DNA of 64,000 nucleotides from positions 144,322-208,321 of the forward strand of contig JACRPF010000004.1 in assembly GCA_016214035.1 (NCBI GenBank), in the 5' to 3' direction. Positions 63,865 to 64,000 of this stretch are shown in pieces. Numbering within the stretch: the first letter of the stretch is position 1; each line of letters starts with the position of its first letter. The notes below the pieces were generated by a model that saw only the letters and a list, made by a program, of their open reading frames with translations, had not been told where the DNA came from and made no database searches. This DNA is from Spirochaetota bacterium. GTDB lineage: Bacteria > Spirochaetota > Brachyspiria > Brachyspirales > JACRPF01. The translations under genes were made by a program, and so were the position numbers.

Positions 63865-64000
63865 CTGGTGTATGCACCGTATACGCCGGTGCATGCAGCA
63901 CGTATGCCTGCTCACGTACCGCATACACCGGCTCGAGTTGTCTGTATGCCGGCGTATGCGGCACGTACACTGGTGTGCAGTTGTCGGTGAGCACATATAT
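63865..64000. repeat. Degenerate tandem repeat with 21-nt period (>=6 units), running into the window edge
   Basis: Units start at 63865, 63886, 63907, 63928, 63949 and 63970 (for example CCGGTGCATGCAGCACGTATG and CCGGCGTATGCGGCACGTACA share 16/21). Confidence 0.6.

Overview
This is a densely coding 64-kb chromosomal window, roughly mid-50s % GC by eye, with about 46 protein genes. I recognised no rRNA, tRNA, CRISPR array, transposase, integrase or phage gene. All calls come from reading the sequence and the ORF track and from motif recognition by memory; no searches were run. Lipobox-rich, TPR-rich content with sigma-54 signalling suggests an anaerobe of Spirochaetota-like or FCB-like type, but the taxon is not determinable here.

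Layout:
- 2..7944: a signalling island. It holds a multi-PAS histidine kinase truncated at the window edge, a stand-alone receiver, a hybrid receiver-PAS kinase and a sigma-54 enhancer-binding response regulator. These are followed by three upstream-activator repeats, a perfect -24/-12 promoter, a small operon (CheY-like receiver plus three 55-71 aa Cys4 mini-proteins, one absent from the ORF track) and a terminator.
- 8200..21934: housekeeping genes (hisD, pgi, PSP1/RicT-like, FGGY kinase, rdgB, truA) mixed with lipoproteins that carry FN3-like or Kelch modules and a HEAT-repeat protein.
- 22102..32915: a co-directional, partly translationally coupled cluster of envelope/TPR proteins around an unusual ATP-grasp::FMN-oxidase-like fusion.
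- 32933..54344: a PQQ-like propeller, hypF-hypC, a Spy/CpxP-like protein, ptsI coupled to an AraC gene, pyrB-pyrC coupled to another AraC gene, LacI plus a LamG-glycoside hydrolase, a MATE pump, eno, GH13, an L,D-transpeptidase, a UbiD-family enzyme and a glutathione peroxidase.
- 54345..54921: a 577-nt non-coding island with a long-range helix and a G15 tract.
- 54922..63725: a glycan-type operon (GH16 multidomain protein, LysM-anchored solute-binding protein, 1338-aa unknown protein) with a PocR/AraC-like regulator.

The best candidates for something undescribed are:
- the sigma-54 module with its Cys-rich mini-protein cargo;
- the ATP-grasp::FMN fusion cluster;
- a dispersed family of about 100-nt GC-rich elements (three copies, all next to AraC genes) whose hairpins differ by compensatory substitutions.
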